A stretch of 64,000 nt of DNA, taken from Stegostoma tigrinum (taxonomy: Eukaryota). Below are positions 14,191 to 26,832 of this stretch, one piece after another; positions within the stretch are counted from its first letter, which is position 1; each line of letters starts with the position of its first letter. The notes under the pieces are model-generated. The model was not told the origin of the DNA. It saw nothing but the letters and a program-made list of their open reading frames with translations, and did not search any database. A program made the position numbers and the translations under genes. The DNA lies in assembly GCF_030684315.1 (NCBI RefSeq), contig NC_081362.1, forward strand, positions 96,579,187 to 96,643,186. The letters are read 5' to 3'.

Positions 14191-14913
14191 TTTGTTCTTG
14201 GTTCTCTCTTGAGGAGGAAATATTTCCCTTGTCGGGCCATGAATCTGTGGAATTCACTAACCCAATGAGTGGTGAATACTGGGACATGGAATACGTTTAA
14301 GGAGAAGACAGATTTTTAATGGTAACATTTCAAAGGTTTATGAGGAATGGGCATTAAAGTGGAGTTGAGGCAAAGATTAGATCAGCCATGACCATGTTCA
14401 CTGGTGGTGCAGTCTAGAGGGGCTGAATGGTCGACTTCTGTTCCATGTTTTTCAGAGAGAGGATAGTGCACCACCCATTTAACTGAATTGTCCATCAAGA
14501 CTGGCAGTGGGTCTTGTGAGAGGAAGAGTGACTTTGAGGCAAGACGGTGTTTGAGAGTACCGATGATAGTGTCCTGTGTAGAAGTGAGATCCTCTGGTAA
14601 TCAGTTAATGAGGCAGGAAGGGGATAAGTCATTGTGGATTCATACTGGTATCAGTAGTCACACCTGTGTTGCTAATTCCCCAGGGGAAGGAGAATGCAGT
14701 GTTTATTTTCTGTGTTCCACGTGTCTGTATTTTTGTTGCTATTCTAATGAGATACACTCCACTCCAGGGTAGAGGGTAGAATCTTGTCTTGTTCCTGGGA
14801 ATGGGAAGAAAGCAGGATGGAGGACTTTTTGGGATGAAAACCAATTTCCAGGAAGTGTGATGATCATTTGGAATTAAGTTCTTGGAATATTAAAGCAAGC
14901 TGAATTTATTGAT

Positions 14914-15130
14914 TCAGAGATAGCAGGAACTGCAGATGCTGGAATCTGAGATAACAAGGTGCAGACCTGGATGAACACAGCAGGCCAAGCAGCATCAGAG
15001 GAGCAGGAAAGCTGATGTTTTGGACCTAGACTCTCCTTCAGAAAAGGGTCTAGGCATGAAAAGTCAGCCTCCCTGCTCCTCTGATGCTGCTTGGCCTGCT
15101 GTGTTCATCCAGCTCTGCACCTTATTATCC
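14914..15130. mobile_element. Short palindromic Penelope-like terminal insertion
   Basis: Two inverted copies of the PLE terminus (ctggatgaacacagcaggccaagcagcatc / its reverse complement); TSD ctgaattt(a/c)ttgat at 14900-14913 and 15131-15144. Confidence 0.7.
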
Positions 15131-15736
15131 CTGAATTTCTTGATATTAAGTTTCAGGAAGCTTGAATTGAATTCCCCTTTACAATGAAGTTGTCAATGAT
15201 TGTAGAAAACCTATTTTGAGATTCCTGACTGAACGGTAGCAACATGTAATGGGCAATGATGTTTTCCAAATGGTTTGCAGACAGCAGCAATGATTGTACA
15301 CCTTTTGCTCACTGAGGCATTTGGATGGTGCTGTCCAACCAAACAGGAAACAGACAGGTAGCCTGCACAGCTTGAAAAGAAAAGAAGAGTGTCCAGGTGA
15401 AAAGGAAGGAGGGTAATTGTGTCTGGTATATGGCGATCCCGATAAGGCCATAACATATAGGAGCAGAATTAGACTATTTGGCCCATTGGGTCTGCTCCAC
15501 CATTCAATCATGGCTGAAATGCTTCTCAACTCATTGTCCTGCCTTCTCTCTGTCGCCCTTGATCTCCTTACTAATGAAGAAGTTACCGATCTCTGTCTTA
15601 AATGCACTCGATGACTTGGTCTCCATGGCCCTCTAGGCAATGAATTGTACAGATCAACCAGCCTCTGGTGGAAGAAATTCCTCCTCATGTCAGTTCTAAA
15701 GGGTCATTTCTTCAATCCCGAGGCTGTGCACTCAGG

Positions 15737-17733
15737 AGGCAACCACGGCTGACTAAGGAAGTCAGGGATAGCATAAAATCAAAAGAGAAACTATATAATG
15801 TGGCAAAGGGCAGTGGGAAATGAGAGGGCTGGGATGCTTACAAGGACCAACAGAGGGCACCAAAAATGAAATAAGGAGGGAGAAGATTAAATATGAGGGT
15901 AAGATAGCCAGTAACATAAATGAATACTGTAAGAGTTTCTTTAGGTTGATAAAGGACAAAAGAGGGGCAAAAGTAGACATTGGACCACTGGAAAATGATG
16001 GTGGAGAGATGGTAGTGGGGAACAAGGAAATGGCTGAGGAACGGAATAATTAATTTGTGTCAGTCTTCATGGTGGAAGACACAAGTAATATCCCAAAAAT
16101 TCAAAAGAATCGGGTCTGAGGTGAGTATGGTGGCCATCACCAAGGAAAAGGTGCTTGTAAAACTGATCAGCCTGAAGGTGGACAAATCACCCGGACCAGA
16201 TGGATGGCACCCCAGAATTCTAAAGGAGCCAGCTGAAGAGATAGTGGAAGCATTAGTGGTGATCTTTCAGGAATCGCTAGAGTCAGGGCAGGTCCCAGAG
16301 GACTGGAAAACCGTTAATGTGACACCCCTGTTTAAAAAGGGAGTAAGGCAAAACTTACAGTCTGATTAGCCTAACCTTAGTCATGGGTAAGATTTTGGAA
16401 TGCATTGTAAATGATGAGATTGCTGAATATTTGAAAGTGCATAGTAAAGTCAGGCAAAGTCAGCATGGTTTCATCAAGGAGAGTTCTAGCAAATCTGCTA
16501 GAATTCTTTGAGGAAGTAATGAGCTGTGTAGACCAAGGTGAGCCGACAGATGTTATTTAGCTGGGCATCAAGGAGGCCTTCGATAAGGTGCCACACTGGA
16601 GACTGCTGAGTGAGATAAGGGCCCCTGGTGTTACAGGCTTGGTGCTAGCATGGATAGAAGATTGGCTGTCTATCAGAAGGCAGAGTAGGGATAAAGGGGT
16701 CTTTCTCAGGATGGCAGCTGGTGACAAGTGGAGTTCCGCAGGAGTCAGTGTTCAAACCACAACTTTTCACTTTATACATTAATGATCTAGATGAAGTAAC
16801 TGTGGGCATTCTGGCTAAGCTTGCAGATGATACAAAGATAGGTGCAGGGACAGGTAGTATTGAGGAGGTAGGGAGGCTGAAGAAGGATTTGGACAGGTTA
16901 GGAGTGTGGGCAAAGAAGTGCAGATGGAGTACAATGTGGTAAAGTGTCAGGTCATGCGCCTTGGTAAGAAAAATAAAAGCATGGGCTATTTTCTAAGTAG
17001 GGAGAAAAGTTAGAAGGCTGAAGAGCAGAAGTTCTAGTCCAGGATTCTCTCAAGGTAAACTTGCAGGTTGAGTCAGTCATCAGGAAGGCAAATGCAATGT
17101 TGGCATTTATTTTGAGAGGACTTGAATATAAAAGCAGGAATGTACTACTGGGGCTTTACAAGGCTCTGGTCAGGCCACATTTGGAGTATTGCATGCAGTT
17201 TTGGGTCCCATACATTAGGAAGGATGTACTGGCCCTGGACCAGGTTCAGAGGAGGTTCACAAGGATGGTCCCAGGAATGGAAAGCTAAAAATATTGGGAA
17301 CATTTGGGGACTCTGGGACTTTACTCACTGGAGTTTAGATGGATGAGGGGGAACCTAATTGTAACTTCCAGAATACTGAATCGCCTGGAAAAAGTGGATG
17401 TTGGGAAGATGCTTTCATTGGTAAGAGAGTCTAAGACCCAAAGGCACAGCCTTTGACTACAGGGAAGACCTTTTAGAATGGAGATAAGGAGAAACTTCTT
17501 CAGCCAGAGAGTGGTGAATCTATGGATTTCACTACCACAGAAGGCTGTAGAGGTGAGGTCATTGAGTACATCTAAGACTGAGATAGATAGCTTCTTGATT
17601 ATCAAGGGGATCAAGGGTTACAGGGAGAAAACAGGAGAATGGGGTTGAGGAACTTATCAGCCATGATTGAATGGGAGAGCAGACTCAGTGGGCCAAATGG
17701 CCTAATTTCTGCTCCTATGTCTTACGGTCTTAT
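15737..17733 (+). mobile_element. CR1 LINE (degenerate RT and 3' end)
   Basis: DKSPGPDG.HPRILKE, VPEDWK, SGVPQ.SV, LADDTK, VRPHLEYC; 3' tail ctcctatgtcttacggtcttatgg. Confidence 0.85.
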
Positions 17734-20679
17734 GGGCTTAGTCTCTCCTACTTGTGGAAGTATTTTCCACACCCACTCTGTCCAGGCCTCTCAGTATTCT
17801 GTAAGCTGCAATTGAATCCCCTTTCTTCTTCTAAACTGCATTAAACGCAGACCCAGAGTCCTCAATTGATCCTTGTATGACAAGCCCTCATCTCCAGAAT
17901 AATTCATATTAACCTGTTCTGGAACACAACCAATGGTAGCAGATCATTCCTTAGATAATGAGACCAAAACTATGAACAATATTTCAAACGCGGTCTATCT
18001 CTGATCTTAGATAATAAAATGTGAGGCTGGATGAACACAGCAGGCCCAGCAGCATCTCAGGAGCACAAAAGCTGACGTTTCGGGCATAGATCCTCCATCA
18101 GAGAGGGGGATGGGGTGAGGGTTCTGGAATAAATAGGGAGAGAGGGGGAGGCGGACCGAAGATGGAGAGAAAAGAAGATAGGTGGAGAGTATAGGTGGAG
18201 AGGTAGGGAGGGGATAGGTCAGTCTAGGGAAGACAGACAGGTCAAGGAGGTGGGATGAGGTTAAAAGGAGAGGCTTGGGGTGGGAGGAAGGGATGGGTGA
18301 GAGGAAGAACAGGTTGGGGAGGCAGAGACAGGTTGGACTGGTTTTGGGATGCAGTGGTGGAGGGGAAGAGCTGGGCTGGTTGTGTGGTGCAGTGGGGGGA
18401 GGGGATGAACTGGGCTGGTTTAGGGATGCGGTGGGGGAAGGGGAGATTTTGAAGCTGGTGAAGTCCACATTGATACCATTGGGCTGCAGGGTTCCCAAGC
18501 GGAATATGAGTTGCTGTTCCTGCAACCTTTGGGTGGCATCATTGTGGCACTGCAGGAGGCTCATGACGGACATGTCATCTAAAGAATGGGAGGGGGAGTG
18601 GAAATGGTTTGCGACTGGGAGGTGCAGTTGTTTGCTGCGAACTGAGCGGAGGTGTTCTGCAAAGCGGTCCCCAAGCCTCCGCTTGGTTTCCCCAATGTAG
18701 ATGAAGCCACACCGGGTACAGTGGATGCAGTATGCCACTTTGGCAGATGTGCAGGTGAACCTCTGCTTAATGTGGAAAGTCATCTTGGGGCCTGGGATAG
18801 GGGTGAGGGAGGAGGTGTAGGGGCAAGTGTAGCATTTCCTGCGGTTGCAGGGGAAGGTGCCGGGTGTGGTGGGGTTGGAGGGCAGTGTGGAGCGAACAAG
18901 GGAGTCACGGAGAGAGTGGTCTCTCCGGAAAGCAGACAGGGGTGGGGATGGACAAATGTCTTGGGCGGTGGGGTCGGATTGTAGATGGCGGAAGTGCCGG
19001 AGGATGATGCGTTGTATCCGGAGGTTGGTGCGGTGGTGTGTGAGAATGAGGGGGATCCTCTCTGGGCGGTTGTGGCGGGGGCGGGGTGTGAAGGATGCGT
19101 TGCGGGAAATGCGGGAGATGCGGTCAAGGGCGTTCTCGACCACTGTGTGGGGAAAGTTGCGGTCCTTGAAGAACTTGGACATCTGGGATGTGCGGGAGTG
19201 GAATGCCTCATCGTGGGAGCAGATGCAGCGGAGGCGGAGGAATTGGGAACAGGGGATGGAATTTTTGCAGGAGGGTGGGTGGGAGGAGATGTATTCTAGG
19301 TACCTGTGGGAGTCGGTGGGCTTGAAATGGACATCAGTTACAAGCTGGTTGCCTGAGAGGGAGACTGAGAGATCCAGGAAGGTGAGGGATGTGCTGGAGA
19401 TGGCCCAGGTGAACTGTAGGTTGGGGTGGAAGGTGTTGGTGAAGTGGATGAACTGTTCGAGCTCCTCTGGGGAGCAAGAGGCGGCGCCGATACAGTCATC
19501 AATGTAACAGAGGAAGAGGTGGGGTTTGGGGCCTGTGTAGGTGCGGAAGAGGGACTGTTCCACATAACCTACAAAGAGGCAGGCATAGCTGGGGCCCATG
19601 CGGGTGCCCATGGCCACCCCCTTAGTCTGTAGGAAGTGGGAGGAATCGAAAGAGAAGTTGTTGAGGGTTAGGACGAGTTCAGCTAGGCGGATGAGGGTGT
19701 CTGTGGAGGGGGACTGGTTGGGCCTGTGGGACAGGAAGAAGCGGAGGGCCTTGAGGCCATCTGCATGCGGAATGCAGGTGTATAGGGACTGGACATCCAT
19801 GGTGAAAATGAGGTGTTGGGGGCCAGGGAATTGGAAGTCCTGGAGGAGGTGGAAGGCATGGGTGGTGTCACGGACGTAGGTGGGGAGTTCCTGGACCAAA
19901 GGGGAGAAAATGGAGTCCAGACAGGTGGAGATGAGTTCGGGGGGGCAGGAGCAGGCTGAGACGATGGGTCGACCAGGGCAGCCAGGTTTGTGGATTTTGG
20001 GAAGGAGATAGAAACGGGCCGTGTGGGGTTGGGGAAGAATGAGGGTGGAGGCTGTGGGTGGGAGGTCCCCTGAGGTGATGAGGTCATGAATGGTGTTGGA
20101 GGTGATGGTTTGGTTCTCGGGTGTGGGGTCATGATCGAGGGGGCGGTAGGAGGTGGTGTCGGAGAGTTGGCGTCTGGCCTCGGCGATGTAGAGGTCAGTG
20201 CGCCATACTACCACTGCGCCACCCTTGTCTGCGGGTTTGATGGTGAGGTTGGGGTTGGAGCGGAGGGCTGCCCGTTCTGCGGGGGAGAGGTTGGAGTGGG
20301 TGAGAGGGGTGGAGAGGTTGAGGCGGTTAATGTCTCGACGGCAGTTGGAGATGAAGAGGTCGAGGGAGGGTAGGAGGCCTGGGGGTGGTGTCCAGGAGGA
20401 GGATTGTGTTGGAAGAGGGTGAAGGGGTCAGTGGAGGGAGGGTGAGGCTCCCAGTTAGATAAGTAAGCATGGAGGCGAAGACGGTGGAAAAACTGCTCTA
20501 TGTCCAATCATGACTGGTATTGGTTGATGTGTGGTTGTAGGGGGACAAAGGTGAGCCCCTCACTGAGGACTGACCGTTCGTCCTCAGTCAGTGGGAGGTC
20601 TGGGTGGAAGGTGAACATGCGGCAGGGCCGGGTGTGGCTGTCTCCTCTGGGGTTGCCGGCTGTGGGCGGAGCGATGAGG

Positions 20680-20886
20680 TCGTCGGCCGTGGGCGGGGTT
20701 CCGTCGGCGTCGGTCGTGGGCGGGGTTCCGTCGGCGTCGGCCGTGGGCGGGGTTCCGTCGGCCGTGGGCGGGGTTCCGTCGGCCGTGGGCGGGGTCCCGT
20801 CGGCGCCGGCCGTGGGCGGGGTTACGTCGGCGTCGACCGTGGGCGGGGTTCCGTCGGCCGTGGGCGGGGTCCCGTCGGCCTCGGCC
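20680..20886. repeat. GC-rich 21/27-bp minisatellite inside the PLE N-terminal ORF
   Basis: About 8 copies of ccgtcg(gcgtcg)gccgtgggcggggtt, encoding (AD)ADGTPPT on the minus strand. Confidence 0.9.
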
Positions 20887-20891
20887 CCTCT

Positions 20892-20920
20892 CTGATGAAG
20901 GGTCTCGGCCCGAAACGTCA
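20892..20920 (+). ncRNA. Minimal hammerhead ribozyme core (PLE pseudo-LTR)
   Basis: CTGATGA-agggtctcggccc-GAAA-C-GTC-A: conserved HHR core, stem II hairpin, palindromic ACGT in place of stem III. Confidence 0.7.
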
Positions 20921-22549
20921 GCTTTTGTGCTCCTGAGATGCTGCTTGGCCTGCTGTGTTCATCCAGCGTCACACTTTGCTGTCTTGGATTCTCCAGCATC
21001 TGCAGTTCCCATTATCTCTATCTCTGATCTTGTTTTCTTGCCCTCTTGAAATGAATGCCAACATTGTGTTTACTTTCCTAACCAGCAATTTAACATGCAT
21101 GTTAATCCTAAAATAATGCTGAATTAAGACTCCCAAGTCCCATTGTGCTTCTGATTTCTGAGGCCTTTCATTTAGGAAATGATCCATGCCCCTATTGTTC
21201 TGAACAAAGTGCATAATCTCACATTTTCCAACATTCCATCTGCTACTTCTTTGCCAAATCTCCTAGCTTATCCAAGTCCTTCTGCAGCCTGCCCACTTCG
21301 TCAACACTAACTGTCCCTCACCTATCTTTATGTCACCTGAAAGCTGAGCAATAATGCTCTCAGTTCCTGTGACCAGATCATTAATGTATCACGCAAGCTG
21401 TTGTGGTCCCATCGCTGAGCTGGTGGAACTCCACTAATCCCTGGCTGCCATCCTGAAAAACAGCCTTTACCATTGCAGTGAGATACAGGTGGATTGAACT
21501 TCAGGACTGTGGTAGCAGATAGTTTTAGCAGGGTGAAGTGTCACTGAATGTTACAGAAACAGGAGTGAACCAAATGGGTGTTTACAACAATCAAAGGCAG
21601 TTTCATGGTCACCATCGCTGAGACTAGGATTTAATTGCAGGATTTGTTTCAACAATAAATAATAACTGAAATCCCACCAGGTCCTCTCCTCGGTTTGGTA
21701 CCAATGCACCTGACAGCCCTGATATACACATAACGTCACATAATCTCACTGGACTATAGAGCAATTCTCTCGTGAAAGAGGGATGAGTGGGGGAGCTTTA
21801 ACCTGCCTCAGATGATGGGACAGATTGAAAAGGAGAGTCCTACATGGTGTCCTCGGCTGCTGGCGTCACAGTGTGTCGGAAGCCAGCCATCCAGCCAACT
21901 GAGCTAACTGCAACACCACCGCGCACCCCCCCCCCCCCGCACCCAGTAATGAGCAAGTGATGGAGAGGGTAAGGCAACATTGGCATTAGTATTCAGGCGT
22001 GAGATCCTGAAGAATGAAGAAGTATTCTGTAACTGCAAGGGATGCCCTATCACCCAGGTCATTCAGTGCAAATGTAGGGAATTTTACAAAAACCTCCCAG
22101 GATCCAATGATCATTACTCTGAGGGATAGGGAACCATCCAAACATTGACCAGGCCACAACTTACCTGAACAGGCATCCAAATCAGATCCAAATTTGGACC
22201 CAAATCCAAAACGAACTCCCAGCGCTTTCGCCTGAGCCTTTAGATTCCTATAAAACAATGATATTGCCACTCTGCCCCCAACCGTCCGACTAGAACAGGA
22301 AAGACCAGAACAACATGTTCAGCGAGCTGGGAACGGAGAGACTGTTGGCAGCAAATCAATGTGGTGAAAATTATTCAAACTGATGGCAAGAAGTGTTTGA
22401 TCATTTCTTTCACAGCACAATCTGGAGCAGCTGATGATCCAAACACAAATGCAGATTATGAAAATATGAGAACGGTGTTGTTTTAAGGCTGTTGGATTCC
22501 GCCATGACAAGGCACTGTTTGACGGGATCCGTCTGACCGTGTGTTTGAG

Positions 22550-22682
22550 ATAACAAAGTGTGAAGCTGGATGAACACAGCAGGCCAAGCAGCATCTCAGG
22601 AGCACAAAAGCTGCCGTTTCGGGCCGAGACCCTTCATCAGAGAGGGGGATGGGGAGAGGGAACTGGAATAAATAGGAATAAA
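22550..22682 (-). mobile_element. 5'-truncated Penelope-like terminal fragment
   Basis: PLE terminus only; 16-bp TSD tgaccgtgtgtttgag at 22534-22549 and 22683-22698. Confidence 0.8.
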
Positions 22683-22699
22683 TGACCGTGTGTTTGAGT

Positions 22700-23450
22700 C
22701 TGTCACTGAGCGCCGTATTTCCAAGTTGGAAGAGAGAGGTGTCACACATATCACTTCCTGACAGCGAGGGTCCATGGAGATCACAGGAAACAGGAAGACC
22801 TTCGAGCCCGCTCGACCGTTCAAAAGCGTCATGTCAGATCACGACGCCGTTGATGAAAGGCCCGGCGTTATTTGTGGATACTCTCACTTCTGAGGAATAG
22901 CGTCTTCTTGTGGGAAGGGCAGGTAACGGGGTGGGGGTGGAGGCGGGGGGGGAGGGGGCTTTAATTTCATCAGAGGTCCCTGCTCTTGAACATGATCCTC
23001 TTCATCCGCGCGATCAGCTGCGAATGTGTGTCTGGGACCCCATAAGCAGAGGGACACCGTGTAAAGCTTTCCAATCTAATCTTTCACATCCTCGGCTCAT
23101 GAACCTTGTACTTTCATTGTTTGAAATCTGCTCCGTGACAATTCCTCACCCCCTCAGCTGATTGCGTTTTGATGCAGTTCCCAGAACTTTATTTTTGTAG
23201 CTGCCTGATTCTTCCGACCGTAGTCTCTGTGTTTCGGGGAATATCCTTCGGTTTGTCAGGACATCGTTGGAGCTGTGTGTCACTGAATGTTGTGCGGAAA
23301 TCAGCCTTTGCGATATGATTAACTCACACACACAGGCGCGCCCGCGTAACCGTACTGAAAGGCCCCTGTTCCCGAGAGTGACCATACTGAGTGTCTGCAA
23401 TTGGGGGAGACTGTACTGACAGGCCCCTGCGATCTCGGAGTAACCAGACT
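22700..23450. promoter_or_regulatory. CpG-rich unique region, candidate promoter/first exon(s)
   Basis: CpG visibly enriched in non-repeat sequence, ETS-like CACTTCCTG, GC-box-like gaggcggggg; splice donors on both strands (+ near 22923, - near 23149). Confidence 0.4.
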
Positions 23451-23612
23451 AACCTGTATTAAAGCTCAAGCATATGGACGTACATGGAATAGTGTAGGTT
23501 AGATGGGCTTGAGATCGGTATGACAGGTCGGTACAACATCGAGGGCCGAAGGGCCTGTACTGTGCTGTAATGTTCGATGTTCTATGTTCTATGCAGAGCT
23601 CAAACCCGAGTT

Positions 23613-23900
23613 TAGATTCTCTACAGTGTGGAAACAGGTCATTCGGCCCAACAAGTCCACACCGCCCCCTATAGCACCCGACTCATACCTATCCCCATCC
23701 CCATAAACTCTACGGGCAATTTAGCATGGCTGATCCACCTAGCCTGCCCATCTTTGGACTGTGGGAGGCCACCGGAGCACCCGAAGGAAACCCACGCAGA
23801 CACTGGAAGAATGTGCCAGCTCCGCACAGTTACCCGAGGGTGGAATCAAACCCTGTTCCCTGGCGCTGTGAGGCTGCAGTGCGAACCACCGAGCCACCTT
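23613..23900 (-). mobile_element. HE1-like V-SINE (after a CR1 3' tail at ~23465-23592)
   Basis: Reverse complement of the SINE family at 5316-5581. Confidence 0.75.
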
Positions 23901-24029
23901 GCCGCCCTGAGACCTTAGACGTTCATTCCAAATATCTTTAATTGCCCCATTTTACAGCACTGGTGTTTAATTTTACTGCAACAGGCAAGAAATAGACAAA
24001 GGACAATTGAACTGCTGAAAAAAATCCCC

Positions 24030-24800
24030 TGTAACTGCACGAAGTGCTACACGTGCCCCTGCACCTCTCCCCTCATCCCCATCCCAGGCTCCAAGAAAAC
24101 CTTCCACATTAAACAGATGTTCACCTGCACATCTGCTAAAGTGTCACACTGTATCTGCTGTTCCCAATGTGGCCTCCTCTACATCGGGAAACCCAACGGA
24201 GGCTTGGGGCCACTTTGCAAAACACCTATGTTCGGTTCGCAATAAACAACTGCACCTCCCAGTCGCGAACTATTTCAACTCCCCCTCCCAGACCTCAGAC
24301 GACATGTCCATCCTGGGCCTCCTGCCGTGCCACAATGATGCCACTCAAAGGCTGGAGGAACAGCAACTCATATTTTGCTTGGGAACCCTGCAGCCCAATG
24401 GTATCAATGTGGACTTCACAAGCTTCAAAATCTCCGCTCCCCCGACCTCATCCCAAAACCAGCCCAGCTCGTCCTGCCTCCTTGACCTGTCCGTCTTCCC
24501 TCCCACCTACCCGTCCCGCCCTCATCACTGATCAAACCCCATCGCAATTCCCTGCATACACTCACCTTTACTGGCTCCATCTCCACGTCCTTGACCTGTC
24601 TATCTTCTCTCCATCTATCTGCTCCTCTGTCCACCTTCCATCATAACCTCTCGCTCTCTCTATTTATTTCAGAGCCCACCCCCTCCCCTATTTCTGAAGA
24701 AGGCTCTGATGAAGGGTCTAGGCCCAAAACATCAGCTTTTGTGCTCCTGAGATGCTGCTTGGCCTGCTGTGTTCATCCAGCTCCACACTTTGTTATCTTG
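24030..24800 (+). mobile_element. Older Penelope-like 3' fragment (GIY-YIG end and terminus)
   Basis: HLPVANYFNSPS...LEEQQLIFCLGTLQPNGINVDF; mutated HHR core at ~24706-24734. Confidence 0.85.
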
Positions 24801-26803
24801 TATTCCTGATATTGCTCTTGTTTTTTTTTTCTCTGGGATCTGCCTCTTTCCAGGAGCTGTATTCCTCGTCCACTCGGCTGTACTGTCAGCTGTTCACAGT
24901 TATGTTTCAGAAACTATTTGGTAAATCAGCCACTTTCATGAAATTAGAAACATTTCAAGACTGTAATTCTTGACCCTGCCTTATCACCATTCAGTCATGT
25001 CCCATTTCATAACGATCACTGACCCAATCTTTCTTGTTTCCATCTTACCACACAAATTGAAAGATTCTTCATAAGATTCTTACTCAACATACAGGGTAAA
25101 TATCTCACTTTGCAATTAATACCTGGGTTTTACAAAATTCATCCTATTCCCAAAGAGTCCTCTTTCTGAATTTCCATTGGTACCATCATCTGACTGACAT
25201 CTCTATCCACCAATCACCATCAATGGAAATGAGCTCAGTGACTGGAATCCTGATTAAGTACAATGCTGGATTCTGAACTCAAATTACAGGGATCTTCCTG
25301 CTCGGGTCTCATATTACTGTCTCTACTGTCTGATACTATTGCTTTCCAATCACAGGTTCAAACCACCATCCCGTGAACCCCCACCTAGAACCCAAAGTTC
25401 AAGTGTCATCCCCTACCACTTGGCCCTACTGTCTGTCTGCTATCCCTTCCTCCCACATGCACAATGGTCTCCTCAGTCACTCAAACATCAGGAGCCAGCT
25501 GTGGTCAGCACTGTATTCCACAATCACAAGCAAGAAGTAATATTTTCCATTTATATCACTCTTCTCACAACCTCAGCATGGCCTGGTAGCATTTATACTA
25601 AGTGAAGTGTTTTTGAAGTGTGGTCACTTATCAGGAAGAGAGGAACCAATTTAAACACAGTGAAGACATTGGGAGAACAATGCTGCTGTAGAATAGAAGG
25701 GCATAAGAAATAGGAGCAAGTGCAAAGCCAAAAGCTCCTCCAAATTCTTCCATCATTCAATACAATCCTGGTGGATAACCTGCCCCACTTCCATTCTTCC
25801 AGCTGCTCCTCATATCCTGGAATTTCTCGGAGAGACCAGAGGTCTATTCATTTCAACCTGAAATGCTTTCAACTGAAACATGGTCAAGTATTTTACAGAG
25901 AGAATATCAGAGGTTAACAATCTTTTGAGGAAAGAAATTTCTTCCAGAAAGATCATCTGTTCACTTGATTATAAAGACAGGGCTTCATTTTGACATCTCA
26001 TTGAAAAGCCTGTCCTGCTAACACTGCTGCACTGCCTCCGCACTGCACTGAGGAACTAGTCTGGATGGTATGATCAAATCTCGGGACTCGGCGTTCTATC
26101 CAAAATCTCCAGACTCAAAAAATAAATGTTTATCCACTGATCTGACACTAATTAATGTTCTCATGTTAACATGCTTCTGGCTCCAAGGACAGAAATCCAT
26201 TTTGCCCAAAAGAGCAAATATTAGTCGACATGAAATAATTCTAAATCAGACATTATTGTGTCCATGTTAATAGACCACAGTTTTTGACATTTTTTCTTTT
26301 TCCTGTCGCACTGCAGCAATGGCATCGCTCTATTAACAGTGAGCGTAAAGGTATGTTTCTACTTTTACCTCCAACATGGTATTTAGCCTGATGCAGCAAT
26401 GTTGATGTTATCTCCTGTGACAAGAAAATATTTACAAGTCTAAAAGCTGCTATTATGTATAACTACTTCAGAAATGGAGGAGGCTCCCATTACAGAAAGG
26501 TACAACCTTCCCCAGGCATGCCAACATCTGGGCTAACATTATCAACTGTGTTACACAGAGCTGGATTATTTCCAGTGAAGTCTCATGCTTCATGTGATCT
26601 GATACAAGATGGAGCCTAAGATCCTTGTACTCTCAGGCCACAGGCTGTGATTCAGTGAAGATCTCATCAGCATGTTGAATCATAGAATTTTTAAGTATAA
26701 AACAGGGCCTTAGCCCATTGGGTGTGTTTCCATGAATAACAACTCCCCAATACCCTACCACGTGCATACAGCAGGCCAAGCAGCATCTCAGGAGCACAAA
26801 AGC

Positions 26804-26832
26804 TGACGTTTCGGGCCTAGACCCTTCATCAG
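26804..26832 (-). ncRNA. Minimal hammerhead ribozyme core
   Basis: Reverse complement reads CTGATGAAGGGTCTAGGCCCGAAACGTCA. Confidence 0.7.

Larger units (their letters stand above)
18009..21016 (-). mobile_element. Near-full-length Penelope-like element (RT + GIY-YIG endonuclease) with inverted 5' pseudo-LTR, frameshifted
   Basis: ORF 18007-20214 has RT motifs (MDVQSLYT, GVAMGT, YIDD) and GIY-YIG (AYCIHC..C...YIGETKR...RFAEH). The N-terminus is broken into separate frames. 15-bp TSD tctatctctgatctt at 17994-18008 and 21017-21031; inserted in a minus-strand CR1. Confidence 0.93.

Noticed and set aside
20500-20936. Plus-strand Gly/Arg or AVGGVPS repeat ORFs; CRISPR-like periodicity
   Set aside because: Antisense readings of the PLE minisatellite; no unique spacers, and the context is eukaryotic.
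24752-24973. Signal-peptide-like ORFs beginning MLLGLLCSSSS (also 22319-22594, 29758-30054)
   Set aside because: Translations of the PLE terminal repeat, not host leaders.
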